In this document: positions 46,972-59,928 of the stretch, piece by piece
Position numbering within the stretch: position 1 is the first letter of the stretch
How the letters are laid out: every line of letters begins with the position of its first letter
Source: Elsinoe ampelina
Taxonomy: Eukaryota
NCBI GenBank assembly: GCA_010093995.1
Contig: ML992503.1
Location: 285,662-349,661 of the forward strand
Length of the DNA: 64,000 nt
Direction of reading: 5' to 3'
Notes under the pieces: model-generated
Databases searched by the model: none
What the model saw: only the letters and a program-made list of their open reading frames with translations
What the model was told of the DNA's origin: nothing
Program-made: the position numbers and the translations under genes

Positions 46972-47183
46972 CGCACGCACACCGCGGTGATGCGAGGGTC
47001 CAGTTCGACCCTCTTGTCCTGAAAATTATCAATAAACAAGGCCCCCTCCACCACCGCGGCGGCCTCCACCCTGTTCCATAATCTGGTAGCGGTTGCTACC
47101 GACACAGCGATCTGCTTGCCATCCTTGACGACGGCACCGACGTTCAACTTGCCCCGAATGAGATTGGGGACTTTCTTCGCCAT
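46972..47183 (-). CDS. Upstream exon that splices in frame into the RAD53 ORF
   Basis: ATG in AAAATGG context and 70 protein-like codons. A phase-2 intron 46920..46971 (GTATGT...TTGAC...CAG) joins it to EGVHRSRDPRPHFT in the RAD53 frame. Confidence 0.65.
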
Positions 47184-47925
47184 TTTGTCTGATTCTCTAC
47201 ATTCTACAGTCTATCTCGATCACGCCTCGAGATGGCGAGACATCGTCAAGGTCATCGTGCCTTCCCAGCCAAACTTGGCCACCTGCTGAGGAAAGACCTC
47301 CCCATCATCACCTTCCTTTGACCATCCACAGATTTGACGCTTCCGTTTTGAGCTTAAATCGATGGCGGTCAGCGCGGCAAGTTCTGTTCTTGCGGAGATG
47401 GAAGTGAGACTGCCTCTTCAGGGTAAGATGCGGCTTATCCGGTCACAGTGGCAGCGAGTCATGACCGGTGATGAAATGTGGTAGCCGTTCGCTTCTACGG
47501 ATCCTAGAGTTCATACACTGGCTGGTATCTTATGATGGTCATGATGCAATCGGTGAGCGTAAAGTGTTGTCTTAGCTGGCATGTCAGGGGACGGTGGGAC
47601 GTGTTTCTCCAAACCACTTCTGCGGTACACTGTCGTCGTCTCGGATGTATAAGTAGCGAGGATGGAGATGCCGTGCCGTTCGGCCTCTGTGAAACAAATA
47701 TATTGTCCCTTCCAGGTTGGAAACCTCAATGTGTGTCGTCAAAAGGCATGTCATCCAGCAGGCTTCCGGACAGTTCGGATTGTGTGTCCATACGGCTTCG
47801 TGAAAAATTCCAGTCGCGGTGTCGAAGACTGCTGGTAGCCAACGGAAATGATACCTCGGCGAGTCGTCATCGAGACCAGAGATCGCATCGACGCCGCTAA
47901 CAGACCGAGAGCATGTTGTACTTTA

Positions 47926-49030
47926 TCATGGAGAGGAAGCGAACCATTCATCCTTCAGTAGCTCTCTCGCGGTCGGCCGATCTCTTGGATCTAGCTTCAT
48001 GATTTTAAGCAAGAAATCTCTATCCTCTACGGCCAATTCCTGAGGATCAACGAGACGGAATGGTCTCTTAGCCTCTACAGGTGTGTTCTTCATAATCCAC
48101 GTAAGGACGCCTATTTGATCACCAGTTGCGATTTCTAAGTATGTTTCTGGAAATGGTCCAAAATACTCATAATGCCTCTTGAGAATCCTAAGCGTGTATT
48201 CGTCATGGTCGACAGGCACATCAGGTAGGAAGATATGAATCCCGTCCCCGTAGATGAGACTGATCAGCTGTTACGGATATTAGCTAAGCGCAACAGAAGG
48301 CATTCATTGCGGATTCACACAGACCGTAGTACCGAACGACCACAAGTCAGTTGACTGTTTCCAGCTTATACCTAGTGTGGCTTCGGGACTTCGAAAAATC
48401 GGCGTACCGACTGGGGTCCCACTCATTGCCATCTCACGATTTTGATGCATTGTGGCCTCGAGGTCGGCGAGCTGCACATCAGTGATGCAACCTTTAGCAT
48501 CGAGGTTGACTAAGATATTATTTGGCTTGATGTCTGCGCACGCACTATCAGTGTCGGACGTAAGCGTGTTGAGATTCGAGGAGTCACCTACCCGTGTGTA
48601 TGAAGCCCTCCTGGTGTAGTCTATCAAGAGCTAGCAACACTGTCTTTGCTACAGACTTGTACTCGTGCGTCGTCAATCGCCTGCGGTCGCAAACGCGGAG
48701 GATGTCGCTGTCGAGGTAGCGCAAGACTAAGGCGCTTTCACTATTCTTCCCAACAACGACCTCGTCGAGGAGCCGACGGAATGGTCCACGATCTTGAAAT
48801 CGGAGAAGCATATCCCTCTCGTTTCGGATCCGCCATTCCGGCGCATTTTTGACTATCACAGGTGTCCCAAGGCGCTGGTGTCTGTGAAGAGGAGTGTCAG
48901 CTTAGTCCCGAGTAAATGTACACTGCCGCCGCTGCTTTACTCACGTCGCCTTCCACACGGTGTCCTGCAATCTTGATGATAGCACATATGATCCTAGCCT
49001 TCCCCTCAAAACTTGCCCGAGTTGCAGCAT
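47926..49030 (-). CDS. Fungal Ser/Thr protein kinase-like protein (CMGC-related), 4 exons
   Basis: Introns 48882..48944, 48534..48591 and about 48268..48324. Motifs VIVK, HTDIKPNN, DLE (DFG position), FRSPE, DLWSFG and LDPRDRPTA. Confidence 0.85.
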
Positions 49031-49888
49031 GTTGTCAATTTATTTGGGCAAGCTAAAAGAATCAGCCGATGTGAAGGAGAATAGCAGTGCTCGAAGAAGT
49101 TTGCAAAAAGTTTTACTGGACCTCGTTCCTTTTTTGGGGGTCAGCTCCATGTTACAAAAGCAAGTGAAATGTTTTTTTTATTCAGCCTGTGACAAAAGCG
49201 CTACAGTGGAAGACTCGAATTGGGTTAATCAAGATTGAATCGAGTCTGTATCTATATTCTGTATAGATGGATCGAACGCCATAGCGGAGATGTGGTGAGC
49301 AACCCTCTGTGACGTGGTAATTCCTGAGCGCAATCACCACCACAAATCATGAACCACGGAAGGTCGGACAGAACGCCCCGACCAAAGGCCCGCTGACAAG
49401 GCCAGTGTTGTGGTGATGATTCTGGTAGGAATTGACTGTCCGTGTAGTACCGCGAAAGGGCTAGGATTCCATGCGTGTCTAGTATTGAGCAAGCTCTTCA
49501 ATCGTCCGTGGGAAAGCCGTGCTATTGCGAGGTAGGATGTGGCCGAAGCTTATGGAGGAAGGAGGTCGAGGGTGTTTCGTGGAAAAAGGAGGCGAGACTT
49601 GAGTCAGAGGTAGGTGATGAATCGCGTTGCAGCAGCAGCGGGGTTGCTCAGAGCATCAGGGGAGCGATCGAGAAGCGAAAGAGAATCGTGAATTGGTCAG
49701 TGTTGCATGTATAGAAAATGTATGGAGGATCGAAGGATGAAGTCCCAATTCGCAGGGTCCCTGTCAAAAGTTCACCGGCAACTACTCATGCGCCGTCGAT
49801 CCTTCCAATCTCTCCAAGTTTCTTCTCATGTCCATCATAGTACAAGTCATGTCTCGCTATTGTCATTCTCGCTCCATCTCGTTGTTTG

Positions 49889-51511
49889 CTACTGTTCGAT
49901 CTCGCCGGATGTATCGACCACGACAGCAGCCCAGGGATGACGGAGCAAATCATCTGCTGAAGGTCTCACGACCTGATCCCAGCTGAAGAGATACCTGACA
50001 AAATCCTCGAATGGAGCAGTATCTCTGTTGTGACGCGTCATCGACTTGTACTGCTCCATCTGCTGCTGGAACGTGTAGCTCATAGGGTCATCACGGCGTG
50101 CAGCAGTGAGATGCCCTTCGCCATCTATTATATCCAGCTGCTGCAGACGATCTCGCATGGATCCCGCACGAGGCGGACCAAGGACTTCGACCATGCTCTG
50201 CAATTGCTCAGTCTTCTGCTCATCATCTGTCAGATACTGATCGATAGAGAACAAATCACGGAAGGTCATGAGTCGGTAGATCTGAACCTCTCAGCGAGCT
50301 GATCTAGACCAAATGCCACTTTTGCACCTACCGCGCCGCCTAAAGCCCAGATGTCGGCTTTCTCATCCATGTGATCTGCCAAAAGTAACTCCGGAGCTCG
50401 TAGTATGAGCGGATACGTCTGTCCTCCATCTCCAGCATAATCTATTGTCGATGCTGTCCTTACTGTCAGTCACCAATTCCTGCTAGGCTGGTCTCCCGAG
50501 GACCTACCCGATCCAAAGTCAGAAATGCCCAGTTGTGCTGGCTGAGCTTGACCGGTATAAGTGCTTTCAAGCGAGATAGGCTCGATCAGGTAAGCCGGAC
50601 AGTGTCTTCCGAGTGGTTTACCATCTTCCCTTTCAACATCATATGTCCTCGGCCTCGCCGCCAATGCCCTATCTATCCCGCGTCCAGCTCTCGACTGGTC
50701 TAGGGCAAACATAAAGTTTCCCAGCTGTACATCTAACCACAATCAGCCCACGCCACATCTATACGAGACCGATTCTTTCACCTCTATGCACAAACCCTCC
50801 AGCATGAACATACCTCACCGCCTGAATCATCTTCACCGCCAACCTCCGCATATACTCATAATCATACCTCTCTCTCCCAGTGTTGATCCTATACTGCAAA
50901 TCCCACTGATACTCCCCCAACGTCTGCCCGCCGACCTCCATGACAAGAACATGATGCCTCCCATTCGGACCCTCGTGATCAAACGCCTCTACGAATCCAG
51001 TCGCAACCAGCCCTCTCGCCCGCTCGTCGTTCGTCAGGGAAGCAAGAATCCGCCCCTCTCGCTCAGATAAGTCCGAATCATAAGCCCGTGCGATCTTGAG
51101 AGCGACATACTTCTTCGTGCTAGATTCGTTAGCTACCGAGATCGTGTTGAGGTCAATGTGAAGGGACGGGACATGCTTGATTTGTTTGGCCAACCATACA
51201 GTGGCTGACTTGCCATGGCCTAGTTTGTGGAGGATGTGGTATCGGCTGCCGAGTACGTCGCCGAGATGGACGGGGTGGAACCCGTGGGGGTGGTAGTCGG
51301 AGGGGGATTCGGTGTTGCCTGGGACGTGTTTGTAGACTGGGAAGACGGTCCAGGAGGATCCCTGAGTTGGTGGGTGGTTCGTGGTGTACTGTCTCGAAGC
51401 GAGATGGCAACGAGCAATAGGTCGTATGTGCTTGACTCTGAGCTGACGGGAGGGGTGGGGGTGGTTCGAATGGACCAACTTAAGGTCTCTGACGCATGAC
51501 TTGTAGAGCAT
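49889..51511 (-). CDS. SRPK/Dsk1-like protein kinase, multi-exon
   Basis: YHPHGFHPVHLGD, KLGHGKSATVWLA, VALKI, GPNGRH, HRD (across intron 50733..50781), DFG, RAPE and DIWALG. Further introns at 51120..51176 (GC-AG), 50454..50507 and about 50282..50331. Confidence 0.85.
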
Positions 51512-51801
51512 TGATGATAGTCAGTCACATGAATGCTCGCAGGCCGCTCTGAGTCTTTTGACTAAGCTCGATACGAAAGCGATGATGCAGTCCCCCAGTT
51601 CAGAGCATCCCCCGCGATTGTCTTCATGTGGCAGAGCATGAACCCTGCCACCCCCCACGGAATTGAGCTTTCACATGTCCGGCACGATTATAAGGCGACT
51701 TGTTCGAATACAATTTTATTCCGTCCAAGATGCAAAGGCTATCCATTCTCCATGATATCGCCACCCATCACAGGCTAAAGCTTGGCGTTCACACCATTCG
51801 T

Positions 51802-53127
51802 CTACCCCTTCACCTGCTCGAACAACTTCTCAAACGAATCCCTCGCCACCGCCATGCAATCATGCCCGTAAATCTCCTTCTGCACATCCGCATCCGCCCA
51901 CTTATCGGGATTCTTCCCGCCCGCCTTAAACGCGGCATCTCTCTCCTTCTGCGCCTCTCCCGATCCGAGATGCAGTTCCTTCCCTGACGCGGCGGCCAGA
52001 TTGACGAGCATGTACGCCCGATCTTTCCGAACGAGCTCGTAGACTTTCAGAGCGCGATAGATGCTATCTTCTGACGTGTCTGGGAGCTTGGCGAGGACTT
52101 CGCCGAGCACGGCGCCGTCTTCGATGGCTTGTGCGGCGCCTTGCGCGAGATGAGGGAGGGTGGGATGGCAGGCGTCGCCGATCAGGGCAGTATTTTGGTG
52201 AACCCAGGTGGGAAGCGGTTCGTGTACGCGGAGCTTCCACTCGACCACCTCGCCGTCGGGTACCTTGTCCAGCATGCGTTTCACCTTGGGGCAGAAGTCA
52301 CCGTAGACGTTCATCATGACGCTCTTGTCGCCGGTGGTGGTATAGGTTGCGGAGGGAGCGGCGGCGAAATGGGTATCTGGTTGAGCGGTGGAGAGATTGT
52401 AGATCTGCTTGTTGCTGACTGAGTAGGCGATGATGTGCCGTTGGGGTCCGATCCAGCGAGTAACAGTATCTGAGTCAATGAGGGCGAGCAGTTCTGGGTC
52501 GTCTTCCATCTCTGAGCGCTTGAGCATGATCCGATAAGCGGCTTGGTCAGTGTCGATGATTTTGGCGTTGATGTTGAGAGTTTTGAGCATGGCGTCTCGG
52601 ACTCGCGACTTGACGCCATCTGCTGCGAGCAGGATATCGGCTGTGACAGTTTTCGCTGGCTCGTTGAGTGCGGCAACCTTGAAAGAAGCTTTGGGTCCGT
52701 ATGATTCGACCGATTCTACCACATTGCCGAAGTGAAATTGAATGCCTGATTCTTTTTGGCACCCTTCTAGCAAGCCACCAGCGAGATCAGCTCGGTGACC
52801 TACCATGTGCGGATAGCCATAGAGTTCCTGAACTTTGCCGAGTACCACATGTGAGAGCTCCTCATCTGTCGAGCCTTGCCGAATGCTGGTATCTCTGCAT
52901 TCTGTCGCGGTCTCTGCTATTTGCTTCCATACACCTAGTCTATCGAGAATCCTCGCCATGTTCGGTGCAAGCTGAATTCCAGCACCTACGAATCCGAAGC
53001 CAGGAGCATGTTCGTAGACATGGATGTTTGTGAAACCTTTCTTTGCCAGAGCCAAAGCGGTGGCGAGTCCTCCCATCCCCGCGCCAACGACGGCGATGTT
53101 GAGGTCTTTGACCCCTGCGCCAGCCAT
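51802..53127 (-). CDS. FAD-dependent monooxygenase (salicylate hydroxylase-like)
   Basis: ATG 53127 with GAGMGG, GAGIQL, AADGVKS and GDACHPTLPHLAQGAAQAIEDG motifs. Confidence 0.93.
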   Translation of the reverse strand: MAGAGVKDLNIAVVGAGMGGLATALALAKKGFTNIHVYEHAPGFGFVGAGIQLAPNMARILDRLGVWKQIAETATECRDTSIRQGSTDEELSHVVLGKVQELYGYPHMVGHRADLAGGLLEGCQKESGIQFHFGNVVESVESYGPKASFKVAALNEPAKTVTADILLAADGVKSRVRDAMLKTLNINAKIIDTDQAAYRIMLKRSEMEDDPELLALIDSDTVTRWIGPQRHIIAYSVSNKQIYNLSTAQPDTHFAAAPSATYTTTGDKSVMMNVYGDFCPKVKRMLDKVPDGEVVEWKLRVHEPLPTWVHQNTALIGDACHPTLPHLAQGAAQAIEDGAVLGEVLAKLPDTSEDSIYRALKVYELVRKDRAYMLVNLAAASGKELHLGSGEAQKERDAAFKAGGKNPDKWADADVQKEIYGHDCMAVARDSFEKLFEQVKG

Positions 53128-54507
53128 GGTGATATAATCTATGGTTTCAGATGCGGATGCGAGCGAATTTGAATAATGGTGTTGGTGTCCTCTGTACGGG
53201 CTATGACGGTCAAAGTTATACACAGGGGCAAGTCCGATCCTGAGCAAGTTTCTGTGCCGATGTAGAAGGCCGATCTGGAGCGATGGAAACCTTCTTCCGG
53301 TTGAAGTGTGTCGTAGTATGCCTTGTATATCTACCGTGGGTGTATGGATGTATTCATATACGCTACTACTTCGATTAGGCCTCGTTGCCTTTCGTCGTTG
53401 CGTGGCCGGCAGTTGGAGAAGCCTTTTCTCCCAAAATGCGGACGGTCCGAGGTGACTCTCGGCAAGACAGGCCGGCTAGCGATGGGACTCTTGGGTAAAG
53501 AGCTCAGGGCTGGATCAACCAAAGATCAGGCGCGTGGAGAATTATTGGCGGAACGGCGGCACAGGTTGTGGAAGTGGGACCCCTGTGGAAGAGGGGGCGG
53601 GCTGCGTCAGAAACCGAAAAACAGCCCCGCAATCGGCCAAAAGTACACCACCTGTAGCTTGTCGAAACGGATTGCATCTTCTGTCCTCTTTATACCACCA
53701 GTCTGGAGGCGGTCAATCTGCCGCTGTACATTGCCTTTTACACCGCGCATTTGCAATCTAGCGGCACAGCATTCTTCCCCTCAAAGCCTGAACTCAGGCT
53801 AGATGAAGGCAATCGCTCCGCTGATCTCATCATGGTTGGGAGGGCAAGATCCATCTGCTATGGAGAGACGGCAACACCGTGGACATGATCGTTGATCAAT
53901 CCCAAATGTGCTACGCAATAGCAGCGGAGCGAGCACAATGGCTATCTCATATCCAACCAACATAAAGCTCATGTTCGTCTCCTTACAGCCCGCACAACGT
54001 CCTGAGATCGGGACGACTGTGTCGTTACAGGGTTAACGTCTCTTCTGCCGAATGAATTCCAATGCCACTTCGTGACTGAACTTGTGTCGGCGTGTTGGGA
54101 CCAGACTGGCGCCTCCAGGATGGTAAGCCAGTTGGGGTGTGTTTCATAATGCATGTAAGATTTCTTCTGGTATGCTTGAGTAGAGTAGAAACTCTTCTGT
54201 ATGGTGATTGTCGACCTACATTGTGTATGAAGCGGTATCCAACGCTGTTGGTATAGGAGTGGAGCATGACTGGCGCGGCTCTGCGGAGTCAACCGTGATC
54301 GAAGCTTTGACCAAGTTTTTTTGAAATTCTGTGACGCGACAGCCCGACGTCTCCTTCTCTTCTCTTTTTCGCGACAACCTCAACTGCTCACTGTCCGCGC
54401 TGCTGCTCTGTTTCGCTGGCTTTTGCTCGTGCAATTTTTGTGCAAAAGCAGATAAGTACTAATACCGCTCCCAGTATACCAACGGGCCGGGAGCCATCCA
54501 TCGCAAG

Positions 54508-57500
54508 ATGGATGAGGACCCGTATGATGAAGGGCTCTATGAGTCCGCGGCGCAGACGCCGCTCAGGCAGGATGACGATAGGCAAGGCCTATCAGATGAT
54601 GACAGCTACCTTGGGGACCTCGAGCGTGAAGGTACTGCAGAGGCATTTGCCGAGTCTACCGTCGCTACCAAGAGGCCGCTCGACCAAGACAGCCATGTCG
54701 ACTCATCGAAACGCATCAAGATCGATACAACACCAACAATTCTATCAGAGAATGCACCGAAACGCATCGTGACAGATCTACCAGAGCCTTTTCTTCAGCA
54801 CACCCTTTCCTACCTCAACCCCTTCGACCTTCGCGCCTGTACCAAGACGTGTCAGACTTTCCGCAAATGTCTTACGTCAACAAAGTCAGCCATCAACGCG
54901 ACAGACAGCAAATTACCAGCCATGTCCAGCGACGACATCTGGCAGATCTCATGGACCTCTTACGCAGATCAGTTCCCGTTGCCACTCGATGGTGCTTCGT
55001 TCAAACGCATGGTCGAACTTCTCTCGTCTGACCACTGCGAGTCATGCTTCGTCAGATCCAACAAAGCGCCTGAAAGGAAGAATTTCTGGAGCTCAGGTCC
55101 AGGTCCGACTGGAGTACGCATCATTTGGCAATTCCAAGTCCGCTTGTGCGGCAACTGCTTCGAATCACATACAGCAAGGGTAACAACATGATCACATATG
55201 GGTGCCAAACCCTGCTAACATGCTACAGGACGTCGAGGTCATCGTCACACCCGACAAAGTCCTTTTGCCTCTACTTCCTTTTGTCTTTCGAACCTCTGAG
55301 AAGAACTATATATCCCCAACACAGCTCTCATCAAGGAGTGCCGCCCCCAGCAACTTGTCAATATCCAAGGTATATCATCTCCCAAGCCTAGGTAAGGCAC
55401 GAGAGACATACAACATGTTCAAGACAGACTTCGCAGCTTCACTTGATGGATACTTGCAAGATACGACAAGTGCTGCCAAGCGCAAGATCGAAGATGCCGC
55501 CAAGTGGCTGAGTTGGGAAGCATCGTTGCCTCCAGGGGTGTCGACATCACAAGGTGCCCGAGTACTGTTCATGCTTGCCGACAATATTCCGACCCACACA
55601 GATCACATGACTCGTAAGTTGAAAACTCCGATGGTCAAGGCCAAGCTTCTCCTTTGTTTGCACATCTTCTTGCGAACACTTGATCACGTAAAATGACCAT
55701 AGCACTCATCCACATAGCTTTCACTGCTCTCCATTCCGCTGCCGCTGCCTGCTGCTCGACCTGTGGTGCTGGCTGACTCTGCTCTGCCTGCGCTGCAGAA
55801 TTTTTTTTTAGCATTTACACCTGTACAATTCTAACTTCTGATCATAGACAACCCTTCGAGCCGCACCAACATGAACGGCAACAGCTTCAACGGAAGCAGG
55901 CCCTCGACGCCATCCTACAACTCAACACCCCAACCCGGTCAAGCATACCAGGCCTACAGCACTCCACCGACCAGAATCGACAACGGCTACTTCGCGGATC
56001 AAATTGCGACGATGACTGCAAGGAAAGAAGAAATCGAGCGTCGCGCCGTCGAAGAATTCGAGCCTCCCCTCTACCCCACAGTGCTCCAGCATATGGCGGC
56101 GTTCAGAGCCGCATGCAAAATCGCTTTTCCTCTGACCGATCAAGAATGGAAGACTCTAAAGCCTCGTCTCTTCGACCAGAGATTGCTGGCTGAGCAAACC
56201 GAACAGCTTCGTTTGAGTACCATGAACAGTGGCGATTATGTCGACCAAATCACAAAACGCACCAGCCGTCACAAAGGCGCCATCAATCGCGATCAAAGTG
56301 GCGATGGATCTCAGGAACGAGCACAGAAGCCCGTCCGAGTTAAGTTGTTGGACATTGCGACCCGTGTCATTTCTGACCGCTGGAACAACTGCAATCGCCT
56401 CCTTCCAATCGACGTCGAGAACTTCGCAGCCGATGTCCTGATGACTACCCTTGACCAATTCCGCTTGGAAACCGACCCGTCAGATTTCGCCATGGGCCAC
56501 GCTATCACACTGGAAACAATGAAGTACCTCTTCGACCAGCGCGTCAAGCCAATCACGGAGTCGAAAACGCGCGATCTCTTCGTCTGCAGTGAATGCAATG
56601 ACATCTCCAAGAAATACACGTTTGACGGAATGATGCAACATTACGGCGCCAAGCATGAGTCCGACTTTGGTAACGGCAATGTCGTGGTATCCTGGCACAC
56701 CGCAGAATGGCCAGATGATCCGCCATTCAAGCGACATCCCTTTGAGAGCAGGCGTGTACCACCTCTATACACCAACAGTACATGGGTGACTCAAGCCCCA
56801 ACCGCTCCTATCAAGCGCGAAGCTCCAACTTCAATGCCTGAACCTCCCGCCATCGATGCTCTCCTGAGATCTTTGCACAGTCCATACCCAGATGCGGCGT
56901 TGCACAACTTGCTTAGCAGTGCCCAGAACGCCTACATTTCTGGAGCTCATAATCCCGCCATCAAGTCAGATGCCACGAACACCCCCGTACGAGACTCCAC
57001 GCCATCGAGTCAAGTCAAGGTCAAGGCCGAGAGACAGGCTTCGGTCGAGCCCCGCGCTGTACCGTCCCGATCAGCGCAAAAGCAGAAGCCCTCAAAACCC
57101 AAAGAAGTGATCAACCACTATCCCGAGCACAAGACCAACAACCCTGCACTGCGTAGCTTCGAGCCTCCACCCAAAGAGGCCACAGCCGAGGAGCGCGAAC
57201 TTGTCGGCAAGGTTACGAAAGAGCTCCTACGTGCCACTGGCGCTGTCCCAGACTTGGACGATGCCATCAGACTCAAGGCTATCCTTCATGCGGTTAGCAA
57301 GCAGTTCTTCAAGGCCTTTGATCGTCCACTGGATATCGACACATTCGCTCAGTCCATGTCGACACGCCCCGAAATGAAGCCTTTGAGGAAGTGGGGTGGA
57401 CTGTACTGCCAGGAATGCGTTCAGTCAGCTAGTCTTGGTGGCACTATACCGCTGGAGCAGCTCGATCCAGACAGCGCTGGCAAACGTTGGCCATCACTCA

Positions 57501-59068
57501 GCGATATCCTCAAACACTTCAAGTTTGTGCACATCGGGAATGATACGACTTCCTCGCCTGCCGCATGGATCGAGAACATGATTGAGCTTCCACATATCGA
57601 GGCCATGAAAGAGACTGTCAATTTGAGCGGCATGACTCAGGAGAAGCTCGACCTGCTTGCTGCGGCCATGCCTCCCCAGGTCTTCCCTGACGGTGTGCCA
57701 AAACTACAGCTCCCAATCAATGCAGTGGACACTCTGCCAGCTGATACATCCGCTTTCGGTGGTATTGACCTTGCCGCCCTCACTGCGTCATTGTACAACC
57801 CGTACCAGCAACAGTCAGTCAACACTTCAGGTCAGCACCAATCGCCGGCTCAAGGCAGCCAGCTCAAGCGCGAGTTCCTCCATATTCGTGACAACGAAGA
57901 CACTGAGATGTCCATGACCGAAGCTGGAGAAGACGAGTACGATCCCCGCAGGCCTACTGTTCTTCCCGACCCGCCATCTCCGTCGTCCGGCCTTCTGAAG
58001 TCTTACAAGGGAGGTAAGAACCCCGGCCCTAGTGGTCAGGGCAGTAAGAAGAACAGGGACAAAACGAAGAAGCATGACAGAAAGAGGCAGCGCATGTCAT
58101 ACAGCGATGCAGAAGAGGCAGCAATTCCCGACGTCATCCGCAATGAATACATCCCTGGCGAGCACGACAAAGAGGAAGGACAGATATCAGATGAGTCGGA
58201 AGAAGAGTCCGAGTCGGAAGAAGAGTCACCTGAACCCAGCCCGAAGATTGGTAGGCGCAATATCGCACAGCATGGGAAGAGATTCACCACTCATGGACAG
58301 ACCTCCAATTATGGAAGCGGGAAGACAGGCTCGCATGGGCCGGTCTACGAACATGTTGGTGTCTCTCGCGTGGGTCGCGGTCCCCAGCCAATGCCCGTCG
58401 TCAATCGTAGCCGCCAGCAGGACGACGCCGGACCTGTTCTCCCCACCAGCTACGAAGCGTACAAGAGAGCCAAACAACAGCAGCAGCAGCCGGGTTTGCC
58501 ACCCCAGCCTGTTGTGCCGCAGGCCTCGTCCGGCTACACTGTACCTCCGTACGTTCAGATTCCAACAAGGAGAGAGTCGTACCCACCACGTCCACCAACT
58601 CAGCCATACCAGAGAGATGCCTCCCACGCCGCCGCAGCAGCATTCTACCAGCATCCTGGCCCCGTTCCTCAGCCTGGATACGGGCAGGTCCCGCCACCTC
58701 CACCAAATTACCGCAACGAATTCGCCCAGCCGGTGCCGCAGCCCGCGTATGCACAACAGCCCCAGTACGCCCAGCAAAGCGCAGTCTACGCTCGTCCGGC
58801 ATCCCCCTACGCCCGCGCAGCATCCCCGTACCAGCCTCCGTACTACGCTCAGCAGCCGCTCGGTCACCCCGTCCACGCTCAGCCCGCTCAGCCACCAGTC
58901 TACGGCCAACAGCAGTACCCCGACTATGCGCCGCCGAGTCCGTATGCTTCGAGCGCTAGGCCGGTCCCGCCGCCGCAGCCGCAGCATCCGCAGCAGCCTC
59001 CGCAGTATCAGCCGGCGCAGCAGCAGGGGAGGCAGTACTACAGCGGGTATGATTCGGGGGGCTACTAG
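54508..59068 (+). CDS. Large F-box protein with C2H2-like zinc fingers and a P/Q/Y-rich tail, multi-exon
   Basis: F-box DLPEPFLQHTLSYLNP, CSEC...HYGAKH and CQEC...HFKFVH. Introns about 55180..55228 and 55614..55847 give an in-frame join to ORF 55871..59068. Confidence 0.8.
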
Positions 59069-59928
59069 ACACTCACTCACGACGAAGATGAGACGGCGAA
59101 GGAAAATCAGAACAGGCTTTCGACAATAGAGATAAGAGTTGAGGGACAGAGGGGACACGCCGTCCTTAATGCAGGACCCAACAGACGTCGGGGCGACGGA
59201 GGAAGAATGTACGATGAACGGTCGAAGGATCTGCTTTTTGTTTTCTTTGCGATTGCGTGTACATTACCCACCAAAAGGTTCTGCCTGCTACCTCTCGGTG
59301 TCAGATCTCGGTCTTGGCCGACACGAGGACAGGCAGGGAAGTTCAGGCTGGCTGATTGTATAATGGTCACGGAGAGGAGAAGCCAGCCAGCAACGGAGGA
59401 GAGGAGTTTGTCAGGAAGCATAGCGAGGATAAAAGTATAGCGGAGAGTAATGCAGTGGTGTCTTTTGATTGAGCGCCAGTTTGTGATGGTGAGACTTGTG
59501 CTTGTCTTGCCTTTTCCACATAGATGAGCTGTTGAGGAAGTGTCCGCATGGTCAAAAGCTACTCCGATGGCAACGTAAGCTCTTCCAAAGTGGGGGGCAG
59601 TCACAGCAGCACCAGTGGAGGTTGGGTAACACACGCTTTTGATTTTGGATTGTAGATTCTATCCTCACATCCGCCCCATCTTTGTCATCACCTCATGTCC
59701 GAAAATGCAACTCGCGGCGAGGACCAAGGGATCGCCCTCTCTCACCTTCTCCTGCTTCGCTCCCCTTCAGACAACAATGCCAGTCTTGCGTCTTCCGTAT
59801 GTAACTCTAACCTGATCGTATCCAACTACCGACGAAGCTCCTCCTCTTCCACACCATGCCTGCCCAACTCAATGACCCCCAGCATACCCCTCCCCGCTCC
59901 TCCCTCCCCTCCCCCCATCCCAACCGAG

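Noticed and set aside
58032..59158. Overlapping 365-aa (+) and 310-aa (-) ORFs
   Set aside because: Alternative frames of the GC-rich P/Q-rich tail of the F-box gene.
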